Position numbers and translations under genes: made by a program
Notes under the pieces: generated by a model
Seen by the model: the letters and a program-made list of their open reading frames with translations, nothing else
The model's database searches: none
Told to the model about the DNA's origin: nothing
NCBI GenBank assembly: GCA_041659325.1
Contig: JBAZYN010000002.1
Coordinates: 513 to 64,512 of the forward strand
From: Candidatus Shapirobacteria bacterium
Lineage (GTDB): Bacteria > Patescibacteriota > Microgenomatia > UBA12405
Direction of reading: 5' to 3'
DNA length: 64,000 nt
In this document: piece after piece, positions 48,616-60,985 of the stretch
Position numbering within the stretch: position 1 is the first letter of the stretch
Layout of the letters: each line of letters begins with the position of its first letter

Positions 48616-49208
48616 GGACGGTTAAAAAGTGGGGGTTCCTGACCGGAGATAAGCCGGGTGATATTTTTTCGGTGAGAATACCAAATAATTAAAATCATAA
48701 TAAAACCAACGAGTGAAAGTCTAAAACCATGGAGACTATACAGTAGATATGGGGCGAAAAGTATAAGCAGGAGGTTTGTAAGACTCATGAGGTTGATGAG
48801 ATACAGAAGAGCAATCCAAACAAGAAGGCAAATTAGGCCTAAACGCCACCCGAGCAACACGGACAAAACACCAAAAGTGGTGCTGACCCCTTTGCCGCCT
48901 TTGAAACCAAGCCAAGGGTTAAAAACATTGCCAAGAACTGGGAAGAGACAAACGGCTACAAGTTGCCAATCGGAAAACCCCAGACGTTTGGCGACATAGA
49001 CAGGGATGGCCCCTTTTAAAACGTCGAAAAGCCCGACGAGGATTGCCCATTTAATACCAAATACACGAGAGATATTGGTGGCACCGATATTTCCACTCCC
49101 TTTTTTGGTAATATCAACACCTTTGACTTTACTCAAAATATAACCAAAAGGGATAGAGCCGGATAAAAAGGATAGAATTGCAACCAAAAAATACCCGGTG
49201 TCCATCAT
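48612..49208 (-). CDS. plsY: glycerol-3-phosphate acyltransferase PlsY
   Basis: GSIPFG, GSGNIGATN, FKGGKGV, HRKNI.RL. Confidence 0.92.
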   Translation of the reverse strand: MMDTGYFLVAILSFLSGSIPFGYILSKVKGVDITKKGSGNIGATNISRVFGIKWAILVGLFDVLKGAIPVYVAKRLGFSDWQLVAVCLFPVLGNVFNPWLGFKGGKGVSTTFGVLSVLLGWRLGLICLLVWIALLYLINLMSLTNLLLILFAPYLLYSLHGFRLSLVGFIMILIIWYSHRKNITRLISGQEPPLFNRP

Positions 49209-49573
49209 GAAGATAAAACCCTTATTTCGGCCTCACCGCGGCGTTTTTCTAAATTATTGCCCACTTTCCAATTTCCTTTAGATTTAATTTTTTTGGTTTT
49301 ACCATTTGTAAGCTTAATATAGGCATAGTCAACATCATAGACTTCACCCTGGCCGTCATCATCGGCTTGATATTTCTTTTCGGTTTTAATTTCGGTAATT
49401 GTGCCGAACCACTGATCATTTAGTGACTTGAAAATAAAAAATAAACTAACCACAGCGGCAATACCTAAACCCCCCAGAGTATTTTCTTTTTCGGCGGGGT
49501 CAGGAACCAGAGTATTAATTAAAATAGCCATAACCAGAAGACCACCGGCCCACCAAGTTAAAAATTTCTTCAT
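49205..49573 (-). CDS. small two-TM membrane protein
   Basis: Two TM helices then a beta-rich tail; overlaps the plsY start. Confidence 0.65.
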   Translation of the reverse strand: MKKFLTWWAGGLLVMAILINTLVPDPAEKENTLGGLGIAAVVSLFFIFKSLNDQWFGTITEIKTEKKYQADDDGQGEVYDVDYAYIKLTNGKTKKIKSKGNWKVGNNLEKRRGEAEIRVLSS

Positions 49574-49587
49574 GGCTTATTTTAACA

Positions 49588-49614
49588 AAAACCCCGTCAG
49601 GACGACGGGGTTTT
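49588..49614 (-). terminator. intrinsic terminator after groEL
   Basis: AAAACCCCGTC-AGGAC-GACGGGGTTTT stem with a U tract on either strand. Confidence 0.8.
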
Positions 49615-49646
49615 GAAATTGTTCGACGTTCTTTGAATGACATTCG

Positions 49647-51651
<2,005 letters not shown>

Positions 51652-51676
51652 ATTTTTTTGTTTGGTAAACTTATAA

Positions 51677-51732
51677 TTATCAGTGACTAAGCGAGACTGC
51701 TAATATTATAACCTGGCTTTGCATTTTAGCAA
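51677..51732 (-). promoter_or_regulatory. groES promoter with CIRCE-like (HrcA) operator
   Basis: Minus strand TTGCTA-16 nt-TATAAT followed by TTAGCAGTC-N9-CACTGATAA (51703-51677), against the CIRCE consensus TTAGCACTC-N9-GAGTGCTAA. Confidence 0.7.
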
Positions 51733-51765
51733 GAGGGATTTAAAAAGTTTACTAGGATAAAATAG

Positions 51766-52197
51766 GTGATGAAGAAAGAAGAGCTGATAACTATATTTGA
51801 AAAAAGGCTAAAACAATCGGAGCGGGAGCGGGAAAAGTATAGCCTGGAAATAGGATTAGCAGATGGGCCGATGGAATCGGCGGGAATTTCGGTTAGCCGG
51901 TGGATAATCGAGGACAGAGCTGAAATGGCAGGGAAAGAAGTTGAGAGATGGAAAAAGGCTATAAAAGAAATTTCCCAAATAGAAATAAAAACTGATTTTG
52001 AGAAGATTGAAGTAGGAGCAAATTTGGTCTTGGTTTGGCCAAACAGGAAAAAAGAAATTCTGGTAACAAAAGAAATTGAAGATTTTGAACTCGGACTGCT
52101 ACCATCAACAAATCCGCTGGTAAAAGAGATAATAAACCAAAAAGTGGGGTTTGAATTTCAAAACCAGGGAGAAAAAATCAGGATAGAGGGTTTATAA
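51766..52197 (+). CDS. GreA/GreB-like domain protein
   Basis: N-terminal coiled coil, IEVGA, C-terminal PL...I...KVG. Confidence 0.5.
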   Translation: MMKKEELITIFEKRLKQSEREREKYSLEIGLADGPMESAGISVSRWIIEDRAEMAGKEVERWKKAIKEISQIEIKTDFEKIEVGANLVLVWPNRKKEILVTKEIEDFELGLLPSTNPLVKEIINQKVGFEFQNQGEKIRIEGL

Positions 52198-52235
52198 TAA
52201 CCTACATATTTGTTACAAATTTATAAAATTTTTAC

Positions 52236-53546
52236 ATGTCAAAAATAAAAAGCATTTATGCCCGGGAAATATTAGCCAGTGGCGGAGAACCAACTCTGGA
52301 AGCAACGGTTATTCTGGAAAGCGGAGCAATCGGGGAAGCATCGGTACCATATGGGGCCTCGGCCGGAAGTCACGAGGCGACGGTACTTTTGGATGGAGAT
52401 AAAAGTCGGTATAACGGTAAAGGAATGTTGAAGGCGGTGGCGAATATCAATGAAATTTTGGTTAAAGAATTAACAGGGATGGAGGCGGATGATCAGAGAA
52501 AGATTGATGAAAAGATGCTTTTGATTGACGGAACGGAATATAAATCAAAAATCGGGGGAAATGCAATGCTGGGAGTATCGATGGCGGTGGCCAGAGCGGC
52601 GGCTGAGGAAACAAAATTGCCTTTGTATTTGTATTTGAGAAAAAATTTTGGAATAGAGCAGGGGGAAATAAGACTGCCAAGACCAATGATTGTAATGATC
52701 GAAGGTGGAAAACACGCCGATAATTCAACCGATTTGCAGGAATATATGGTATCGATGCAGTTGGATGATAGCGCCCGAGAAAATGTGAGAAGAGAAATGG
52801 AAATTTATGGGAAATTAAAAAGCATTTTTAAAGAATTAAAAATTAACACTAATGTCGGCAATGAGGGGGCTTTTGCTTTTGCGGGAATTAAACAGCCCGA
52901 TGTAACAATTACCGGCGCTTTTGCCCCTTTGGCAATGAAATCAAATGAAGAGCCGTTGGGATTATTATTGAGAGCAATAGAAATGGCGGGGTATAAACCG
53001 GAAACAGAGGCGGCGTTGTCAATCGACGCGGCCGCGTCTGAATTTTATGAAAACGGAAAATATAATTTAAAAACTGAAAACCGAGTGGTGACAGCCGAAG
53101 AATTAATTGAATATTACGATTCATGGTTAAACAAGTATCCAATCGCGACAATGGAAGATATGCTTCATGAGGACGATTGGGATAATTGGGTAAAATTAGT
53201 CGAAAAAATTAACGGTAAGATACCACTGATTGCTGATGATCTGACAGTAACTAATACCAAAAGGTGGCAGAAAGCAATTGAGATGAAGGCGGCAACGGCG
53301 ATTTTGATCAAATTAAATCAGGCGGGCACATTGACGGAAACGGTGGACTGTTGTTTGTTGGCCAATAAGCATGGATTGATGACGGTGCCGTCACACCGCG
53401 GAGGAGGAGAAACAAATGATACATTTATGGTTGATTTGGCGGTGGCCGTGGGAAGCACCTATATTAAAGTCGGACCAACCAGGGGCGAGAGGGTTTGCAA
53501 GTATAATAGGTTAATGAGGATTGAGGAGGAAATAAGTGGAAAGTAA
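52236..53546 (+). CDS. eno: enolase
   Basis: AREIL, VP.GAS, ADDL..TN, IKLNQ.GT, SHR.GE, ER..KYNRL. Confidence 0.95.
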   Translation: MSKIKSIYAREILASGGEPTLEATVILESGAIGEASVPYGASAGSHEATVLLDGDKSRYNGKGMLKAVANINEILVKELTGMEADDQRKIDEKMLLIDGTEYKSKIGGNAMLGVSMAVARAAAEETKLPLYLYLRKNFGIEQGEIRLPRPMIVMIEGGKHADNSTDLQEYMVSMQLDDSARENVRREMEIYGKLKSIFKELKINTNVGNEGAFAFAGIKQPDVTITGAFAPLAMKSNEEPLGLLLRAIEMAGYKPETEAALSIDAAASEFYENGKYNLKTENRVVTAEELIEYYDSWLNKYPIATMEDMLHEDDWDNWVKLVEKINGKIPLIADDLTVTNTKRWQKAIEMKAATAILIKLNQAGTLTETVDCCLLANKHGLMTVPSHRGGGETNDTFMVDLAVAVGSTYIKVGPTRGERVCKYNRLMRIEEEISGK

Positions 53547-53850
53547 GAATTTGATACAGGAACCTCCGGTAGGAGAAAGCTTATTTGTTCGCGTTAATGA
53601 TGAAGTAGTCTTTGTTCCAAGTTTAGATATGCCTTATCAAAGGATGCTAAAAGAAAAAGGGTGGCCAACAGACCGCGCTTTTGTAAGAACAAATCAAGTG
53701 GATTTGGGAGTGGCAGTAAGGGGAGACAACGATGTAGCTTTGGGAGGCCGATCTGTAATATATGACTGGCCTCCCCGGGATGATACAGAAATCAGGCCAG
53801 CAACAGAAAATATACTAAGGAGAAAATTCCCCGAGTTAGACCTGGGATGA
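53536..53850 (+). CDS. hypothetical protein
   Basis: 104-aa ORF overlapping the eno stop. Confidence 0.5.
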   Translation: MESKNLIQEPPVGESLFVRVNDEVVFVPSLDMPYQRMLKEKGWPTDRAFVRTNQVDLGVAVRGDNDVALGGRSVIYDWPPRDDTEIRPATENILRRKFPELDLG

Positions 53851-53927
53851 ACCAGGATAGGAGTTTGGCAGAAAATAAACAAAGGATAAAAACTGATAAT
53901 TATTAATAAACAACCCACAAGAAAGAA

Positions 53928-55511
53928 ATGAAAAAACCGGTAGTCTATATAATCCTTGACGGCTGGGGAATAGCACCGGCGGGGGCAGGGAACGCCATAA
54001 GCGTGGCTAAAACGCCATACATGGATTACCTCAAGGCGAATTACCCGTATACAGAAATCGGGGCGGGGGGTGAGGCAATCGGGCTTTGGAAGGGGCATCA
54101 GGGGGCATCGGAAATCGGACATTTTATAATCGGGGCGGGAAGAAATGTGTTTTTGCCACAAAATAAAATCGCCAATGCAGTCAGCAGCGGGGAAATTATG
54201 GAAAACAAGGTATTTTTGGAAACGATGGAGTATGTAAAAAAAAATAAATCGACGCTACACATTGCCGGACTAATGTCTAACTCTGGAGTACACAGTTATG
54301 ATGTGTTTATGCATGCTTTAATTGAGATGGCGGCAAAAAACGGGGTTTCTGATGTGGTGGTTCATTTCTTTAGCGATGGGCGGGATACTCCCCCATTTGA
54401 GGCAAAAGTTTATCTTGACCGGCTAAATAAAGTTTTTGAAAAAACCGGAGTTGGGAGAGTAGGAACAGTGATGGGCAGATACTGGATTATGGACCGGGAC
54501 CATAGATGGGATAGGGTGGCAATAGGTTACAGGGCAATGGCGGAGGGCAAAGCGGAATATTTTGCCAAGAGTGCTCAGGAAGCAATTGAGACGGCGTATA
54601 AGCGAGCCCAAGAAGCCAAAGACAGAGGGGAAAATTTGGTTGAAAGCGATGAGTTTATAAAACCAACGGTAATAGTTGACGAAAAACAAGAGCCGGTGGG
54701 AAAAATAAAAGACGGGGATGCCCTGATTTGGGCAAATGCCAGAACCGACCGGGCGATAGAAATTACTCAAGCTTTTACTGAAGATAACTTTGTTGACTTT
54801 GACCGGGGCAAAAAATTAAATATTAAATTTGTGGGGACTTTCAAGTATTACGACGGGATGAAGGTACCTTATGCCTATGAAAAGGACTATCCGACCAATA
54901 CTTTTGGAGAGATTATAAGTAAAGCAGGGCTGAAACAATTCAGGGTAACGGAAACGGAAAAATGGATCTATGTAACAACAATGTTTTCGGGAATGAGAGA
55001 GGAGCCATTTGAGGGGGAAGACCGAATGCTAATTCCCTCCGATAAGATTGAGACTTATGATCTGCAGCCAAAAATGCATACGATGGATATAGCCAAAGGG
55101 GCGGTGGAGGCCATAAACAGCGACAAGTATGCCCTTATTATGATGAATTTTAACAATCCGGATATCATCGGACACACAGGGAATATCCCGGCGGCGATTG
55201 TCGGAATTGAGGAATGTGACAGGGCGGTGGAAATGGTAACAAAGGCGACACTGCAAAAGGGCGGATTAGTGGTGGTGTCAGCTGATCATGGCAATGCGGA
55301 AATAATGATGAACAAGGACGGGACTCCGGAAACGGCTCACTCGGCCAATAAGGTGCCGTTTATTGTCGTGGACGACGATCCCAAATTTAAAAATATAAAA
55401 TTAAAAAGCGGTGGAGCATTAAAAGACGTAACACCGACGATTTTGGAGATTTTGGAAATCCCTAAACCGCCGGAAATGACCGGAGTAAGCTTGATTGAAC
55501 CTGGAAGATAA
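53928..55511 (+). CDS. gpmI: 2,3-bisphosphoglycerate-independent phosphoglycerate mutase
   Basis: ILDGWG, SEIGH, DGRD, MDRD, ETEK, D..GH, ADHGN. Confidence 0.95.
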   Translation: MKKPVVYIILDGWGIAPAGAGNAISVAKTPYMDYLKANYPYTEIGAGGEAIGLWKGHQGASEIGHFIIGAGRNVFLPQNKIANAVSSGEIMENKVFLETMEYVKKNKSTLHIAGLMSNSGVHSYDVFMHALIEMAAKNGVSDVVVHFFSDGRDTPPFEAKVYLDRLNKVFEKTGVGRVGTVMGRYWIMDRDHRWDRVAIGYRAMAEGKAEYFAKSAQEAIETAYKRAQEAKDRGENLVESDEFIKPTVIVDEKQEPVGKIKDGDALIWANARTDRAIEITQAFTEDNFVDFDRGKKLNIKFVGTFKYYDGMKVPYAYEKDYPTNTFGEIISKAGLKQFRVTETEKWIYVTTMFSGMREEPFEGEDRMLIPSDKIETYDLQPKMHTMDIAKGAVEAINSDKYALIMMNFNNPDIIGHTGNIPAAIVGIEECDRAVEMVTKATLQKGGLVVVSADHGNAEIMMNKDGTPETAHSANKVPFIVVDDDPKFKNIKLKSGGALKDVTPTILEILEIPKPPEMTGVSLIEPGR

Positions 55512-55533
55512 AGATGAGTTTCTTGGAATTGTT

Positions 55534-57762
55534 TTAAATTCTCTCTTTTACTTCAAATTTTCCATATATTTTTGTTGTTCGATAGTTATTTAGAATATAG
55601 TTATTAATCAATTCCAATTTGAGAGGTGATAAGTCCGCAAAATTCATGTTTGGATTATAAATTATTATGGCTTTTTGATTATTATCTAAATCGGTTATCA
55701 TTTGAATCTGGTGGGCCAGAGTAAAGAACCCATAGGGGGTATCATTTTTGGTAGCATTTTCTTTTCCGCTTAGAAAATATATTTCCGGCATCCAAGGATA
55801 GGCGAAAATTTTTTGATTGGAGGGAGTTTGGGAAAGAAAATCTATTAAATCATCGATGGCGGCAGTATCGGTTCCCTGGTCGACGGCAATTCCAAATTTT
55901 GAATTTTTATAATTTTTAAAAGTTCCGGGTATTTTTCCGTAAGATTGGATTTTTTCCACCTGGCTATATATAAAAAAATCGTTGAAGGAACTTCGGTTTA
56001 AAATAAGGGTAAAAACTATAAGGCTGATGCCAAAAATCATGGATATTTTTTTACATAAGTTTTCAACCAGGAAACCAAACAAAATCAGAGCAATAATCAG
56101 GGGAAAGAGCAGATGCCACCAATCCGATCGACCTAAAGCACTTCTAAATAGAAATAAACCGATTAGACAAAGGGTTATAACAATTCCGGTATTCGGATTT
56201 TCTTTTTTTTCTTTAATCGATTTGCTTATCCCCCAAAAAAGGGAGCCGATAATTGTAAGCTGGCTGAACTGCCACCACATTTCTATTGATCCCAAATAAT
56301 TGTTGACAATTCTCCAATCTAATAACTGCAAAAGGTTGCTTCTTTCTACCGCCAAATTAAAAAAACCATTCGAGAATGCATTTGAATAATAGGCTAATTG
56401 TCCGACCATGTCGAGAAAAGCCCCGTGATAAAAAAGAAAAAAGGAGATGGGGGTAACTATTGTCAGCAGTCCGCATAGGTAATAAAAGAAAGGTTTTATT
56501 ATCTTGGTTTTTTGGGTGGTTATTAAATAGATACTGACTGATAAAAATGACACAATACCTACTTCTAGACTAATAAAAATTGACAAGGCGTTGGCAATCC
56601 CTGCCCAAATCAGCCACCAATTTTTTTTGGAATTTATGTAATTAAACAATGGAATTAAGGGTAATAAACCCATGGCTAATCTGATTTCTACGTTGTTTTT
56701 TGTTAATCCGTTGCTTATACCCATTATCATAGTAAGAATTGTTATCCGAGCGACTTTGTTGTTGATAATGGTTTTTATTAACGAATAGAAAATAAAATAG
56801 GCAACTATCTGAAGAAGGTGAAAGAAAAGCTTCACGTTGGCAACGGTGGCTCCTGTCAATAATACAAAATACTTTAGAGTCCAAGCCAATAAAGGAGGTT
56901 GGTGGGCCATAAAATCCCTATAGATGATTTGATTGTTTAAAAGACGCTGTAACCACCCCAACCAAAAACCTTCTTCGACAGAATCCAAATCTGACCGATA
57001 ATAGAGAGGATTAAAGGCCACAATAGTAATCAGCGCAAAAGGATATATTTTAAAAATAAAATTAAATATCTTTTCCTTATTTTTTGATTTCATTATTTCT
57101 GTAATAACCACAAAAATGGCGGTTATTATCAATAAAAACAGAAGCCAATAAAAATTTCCGGGTTTTATTACCAAAAAAATTAACAGTAGATGACTGGGAT
57201 TTTGTAAAAAACGAAAAGGCAATAAATGATAAAGTAAGGGCATAAAGCCCAGGACAAATAGCGGCAAGATCAGTGAGTAGTTGAATTTTTGAATCACCTG
57301 CATCATAACCAGACCAAGAAAAATGCCATTGGTGAATAACTTGGGATTAAATACGATTTCTTTGTCCTCCCCTTTTGACATTAGCATCGTCCAAAACATA
57401 AATTGAAATAGGACAAAGAAAGCCAGGACCAAGGTTCCGGAAAAATCCACAAAATTCACCTGGGCAAAAAATAAAAGAGAAACCCCAAAATATAACCAAT
57501 CATAAAGGCGTGCTTTTCTCTGGCGATGTTTAATAAAAATTAGAGTAAAGGCAAACAAAATGGCAATTACCAGAACAAGTAAGCCGTATTCAATTATGTC
57601 GATTGACTTGGCCTGAGCTAATTGCCGGGAAAACGAAGGAATCGCCTCCCAAGATGACTTTGAAAATATGTTGACTGAGCTGAATTTGTTTAGTAGATAC
57701 AAAAATATTTTATCCAAGCCGAGGGAAAAGAAAAGTGTTCCCAAAAAAAGACCGATAGTCAT
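55534..57762 (-). CDS. large polytopic membrane protein (GT-C-like)
   Basis: Many TM helices, EEG..L.....YRDF...PPL loop. Confidence 0.65.
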   Translation of the reverse strand: MTIGLFLGTLFFSLGLDKIFLYLLNKFSSVNIFSKSSWEAIPSFSRQLAQAKSIDIIEYGLLVLVIAILFAFTLIFIKHRQRKARLYDWLYFGVSLLFFAQVNFVDFSGTLVLAFFVLFQFMFWTMLMSKGEDKEIVFNPKLFTNGIFLGLVMMQVIQKFNYSLILPLFVLGFMPLLYHLLPFRFLQNPSHLLLIFLVIKPGNFYWLLFLLIITAIFVVITEIMKSKNKEKIFNFIFKIYPFALITIVAFNPLYYRSDLDSVEEGFWLGWLQRLLNNQIIYRDFMAHQPPLLAWTLKYFVLLTGATVANVKLFFHLLQIVAYFIFYSLIKTIINNKVARITILTMIMGISNGLTKNNVEIRLAMGLLPLIPLFNYINSKKNWWLIWAGIANALSIFISLEVGIVSFLSVSIYLITTQKTKIIKPFFYYLCGLLTIVTPISFFLFYHGAFLDMVGQLAYYSNAFSNGFFNLAVERSNLLQLLDWRIVNNYLGSIEMWWQFSQLTIIGSLFWGISKSIKEKKENPNTGIVITLCLIGLFLFRSALGRSDWWHLLFPLIIALILFGFLVENLCKKISMIFGISLIVFTLILNRSSFNDFFIYSQVEKIQSYGKIPGTFKNYKNSKFGIAVDQGTDTAAIDDLIDFLSQTPSNQKIFAYPWMPEIYFLSGKENATKNDTPYGFFTLAHQIQMITDLDNNQKAIIIYNPNMNFADLSPLKLELINNYILNNYRTTKIYGKFEVKERI

Positions 57763-57838
57763 GAGGAAGCTTAACTAATTTGAATAATTAAGTAAATATG
57801 AAGTACATTTTCGAACTTAAGAGAGAGGAGATAAGTTT

Positions 57839-60643
57839 CTATTTTTCAACCTTTTCTATTCTTAGGGTGTCACCGTTTTCAATAGAAACACCGAGAGTCT
57901 TTTTCAAGATTTGGGACTCAAAGGATTTTGGCCAGGAGGGTGAAAAAATTTTGATCCGGTCGTCAATTTTTAGAGCGGCTCCACGCCTTAATACCTGGAT
58001 TGACCTAATAAGATCACGATATTCGCCCTCGGAAATAAGCTCGGGGGTCAAAGCGGTATCCAAAACTACATTTAACAATTCCGTTTGGGGAGCAAAGATG
58101 ACTTTTTTGACATTGGTTTCCTGGGCGATGACATCTATCAGCCCCTGATCCAGTTTGAGGCTTGAGTCGACAGTAACTTTGGCAAGCGGCTGACGGAGTT
58201 TAATGTTAAACTTTTGCCTCTGGCCGTGAACCAGTTGGCAGATATTTCTGACAGACTCCATCTGTTTTTCTAAAGTGGCGTTGATTAAGTCATTTTTTGA
58301 CTCCGGCCAGTCCTGTAGGTGAACACTTTGGATGGAGGCCGCCAGGTCAAAACCGTGAAGATTTTGAAAGATAATTTCCGACAAAAATGGAACAAAGGGT
58401 GATAAAAGACGGGAAAGACTATCAAAACAGAAAAATAGGATTTCATGATTGTCGGATCTGTCGCGGCTGCGCCTGATATACCAGGTGGACAAGTCGTTGA
58501 CAAACTTCTCGATGGTTTTAGTGGCAGCCGAAGTATTGAATTTATCCAGACTTTTGGACGTTTTGGAAATGGTGGAATTTAGCCGGGACAAAAGCCAGCT
58601 GTCCATAACATTGCCGGAATTTTGGGGAGTTAACGAATTTTTATCCGGCTGCCAATTTTCCAGATTGGCATGCTGAGTGAAAAAACGATAGGAGTTCCAA
58701 AGGATTAAAATAAAATCCCTTTTGACCTGATCGGCGATGTTGTAACCAAAATTGACGTTGGTGTGGGATTTTTGCTGACAATACAGCCAGCGCATGGCGT
58801 CGGCCCCCATTTTGGTTATGGCATTTTCGTAGGGAATACCATTTTTTTTGGTTTTGCTCATCCGTTCGCCTTTTTCGTCTCTGACTTCGGTGTGAGCGAC
58901 CACGTTTAAATAAGGGGAGGTGTTTTCGAAAGCAACACTAAAGAAAAGCATGGAGTAGAACCATAAGCGGACCTGCTCGACCATTTCTAAAACCAGATCG
59001 GCCGGAAACCATTTTTGCCAATAATTTTTGTCTTCAAGATATTTTAGAGTGGAAAAAGGGACGACTCCGGCATCGAGCCAACAATCCCCAACATCGGGAA
59101 TACGAGTGACCTCTTTTTTACACTTGGGACAGATAATCTTAATCTGGTCGATCCAGGGACGGTGAAGGGAAGGAAGTTCTTCGACGCGCTTCGCTTGCTC
59201 AGAATCAACTGCGAGTTTTTTTAGCTCCTCTAGGCTGCCAACAACTGTCAACTCACCACAGGAACATTCATAAAAAGGCAGGGCCAAACCGTAAAAACGT
59301 TTACGGCTGATCATCCAATCTTCCATTGAATCCAACCAATTTTGCATGCGGCGACCGACATATTTGGGGTGCCAATTAACTTTTTTGGCGGCTTCTTTCA
59401 TGAGAGGGCGGATTTCATCGGACTTGATATACCAACTATCTTCGAGTCTAAAGAGACACTTGGTGCGACAGCGCCAGCAGTGAGGATAGCGGTGAGTGAT
59501 CGATTCAGTTTTGTAAAGTGAATTGGTTTTTTTGAGATAGTCGAAAACGATTTGGTTTACTTTGTGAGCGTAAAGGCCAGTTAAGTCCCCAAAACCTTCG
59601 ACAAAATAGCCTCTTTCGTCGAGGGGAGCGATCATGGCTGATTTCAATTTTTTACCCAAGAGATAATCTTCCTGGCCGCAACCAGGAGCAATGTGAACCA
59701 CCCCGGTTCCCTCTTTGGGGTCGACTAGGTCCCAGACGACGATGGAGTGTTTAACATTTTCCTGGGCGGGAATTTTGTAGAGTGATTCGTATTCGAGGCC
59801 GACAAGACTATTGGCATCAATAGGTTTGTAGTCGGTGATATTTAACCGATCGGCGGCCAAGCGGGCCAGGTAGACGACATCATTATCAATTTTGGCTTTG
59901 ACATATTCAAAGCCGGGATTGATGGCCAGAAGCACATTGGCAGAAAGAGTCCAGGGAGTGGTGGTCCAGGCCAAGACATATTCGTTGTCCCGATTTAACA
60001 GTTTAAATTTTAAATAGACTGAGTCGTCGGTGACTTCTTTGTAGCCGTCGGCTTCTTCATGCTGAGAAAGACCGGTTTCGCAGCGAGGACACCAGGTAGT
60101 AGCACTTTTATTTTTGGCTAGCCAGCCTTTTTGATGAATAATTTTCAAAAAATACCAGATATAAAGATTGTTGGTTTTTGAATTGGTGTAATAGGAATTT
60201 TCCCAGTCCATAAACATGCCAAGACGTTTTGACTGCTCTGTTTGCAAATTACTGAATTTATCGACTCTTTCGATACAGGAGGTGGTAAATTTATCCAGAC
60301 CAAAGTCAATGATATCTTTTTTTGAATTAAAACCGTTTTCTTTTTCGACTTCGACTTCGACCCATAAGCCCTGGCAATCAAAACCATTTTGAAAACGCTG
60401 CGCAAACCCACAGGCATTTTTATAACGCTGAAAAACATCCTTTAATGTCCGCCCCCGGGCGTGATGAACTCCCATGGGGCCATTGGCGGTGATGGGGCCG
60501 TCAATAAAACTGAAATTTTTTTCCGAAGCATCGTTTTTGTGGAGATATCGGTTGACAAAATCATGGTGATACCACCACTCTACAAGCTCTTGCTCTAAGA
60601 CCGGAAAATCAGGCAGTGACGGTAAATCTTTAAAGTAGGACAT
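57839..60643 (-). CDS. ileS: isoleucyl-tRNA synthetase, type 2
   Basis: DGP.TANG, WTTTPWTL, GTGVVH.APG, HRYPHCWR, DW.ISR; IleRS2-type C-terminus; GVHH and RMSKT signature variants. Confidence 0.93.
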   Translation of the reverse strand: MSYFKDLPSLPDFPVLEQELVEWWYHHDFVNRYLHKNDASEKNFSFIDGPITANGPMGVHHARGRTLKDVFQRYKNACGFAQRFQNGFDCQGLWVEVEVEKENGFNSKKDIIDFGLDKFTTSCIERVDKFSNLQTEQSKRLGMFMDWENSYYTNSKTNNLYIWYFLKIIHQKGWLAKNKSATTWCPRCETGLSQHEEADGYKEVTDDSVYLKFKLLNRDNEYVLAWTTTPWTLSANVLLAINPGFEYVKAKIDNDVVYLARLAADRLNITDYKPIDANSLVGLEYESLYKIPAQENVKHSIVVWDLVDPKEGTGVVHIAPGCGQEDYLLGKKLKSAMIAPLDERGYFVEGFGDLTGLYAHKVNQIVFDYLKKTNSLYKTESITHRYPHCWRCRTKCLFRLEDSWYIKSDEIRPLMKEAAKKVNWHPKYVGRRMQNWLDSMEDWMISRKRFYGLALPFYECSCGELTVVGSLEELKKLAVDSEQAKRVEELPSLHRPWIDQIKIICPKCKKEVTRIPDVGDCWLDAGVVPFSTLKYLEDKNYWQKWFPADLVLEMVEQVRLWFYSMLFFSVAFENTSPYLNVVAHTEVRDEKGERMSKTKKNGIPYENAITKMGADAMRWLYCQQKSHTNVNFGYNIADQVKRDFILILWNSYRFFTQHANLENWQPDKNSLTPQNSGNVMDSWLLSRLNSTISKTSKSLDKFNTSAATKTIEKFVNDLSTWYIRRSRDRSDNHEILFFCFDSLSRLLSPFVPFLSEIIFQNLHGFDLAASIQSVHLQDWPESKNDLINATLEKQMESVRNICQLVHGQRQKFNIKLRQPLAKVTVDSSLKLDQGLIDVIAQETNVKKVIFAPQTELLNVVLDTALTPELISEGEYRDLIRSIQVLRRGAALKIDDRIKIFSPSWPKSFESQILKKTLGVSIENGDTLRIEKVEK

Positions 60644-60709
60644 AATTGGGTGAATTTTAACCTTTTTGAATCGAATTTACCAGAAATAATATGTATAATC
60701 TGAACTACT

Positions 60710-60985
60710 ATGAAATATCGCCCGTCTTATTTTAAATATTCGCCCATTCCCTACACCGGTTGTAAATATTGCCTTCCATGCCCTTTTGGGGTAAATATCC
60801 CCCGTAATTTTGAAATCTATAATGAGATGAAAATGTTTGATTGTCACGAAACCAGTGCCAAAGAGTATGGCAGTCTTGACGATTTGCAGAAAGCTTCTAA
60901 CTGCAGACAATGTGGTAAGTGTGAACCTCTCTGTCCACAAAAAATTGCTATACGTGACTGGTTGGTAAAAGTGGCAGGAATATAA
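60710..60985 (+). pseudogene. 4Fe-4S dicluster fragment resembling an aldo/keto reductase C-terminus
   Basis: xxGCKYCLPCPFGVNIP (first Cys replaced by Tyr) and C..CG.CE..CPQ; no N-terminal barrel. Confidence 0.55.
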
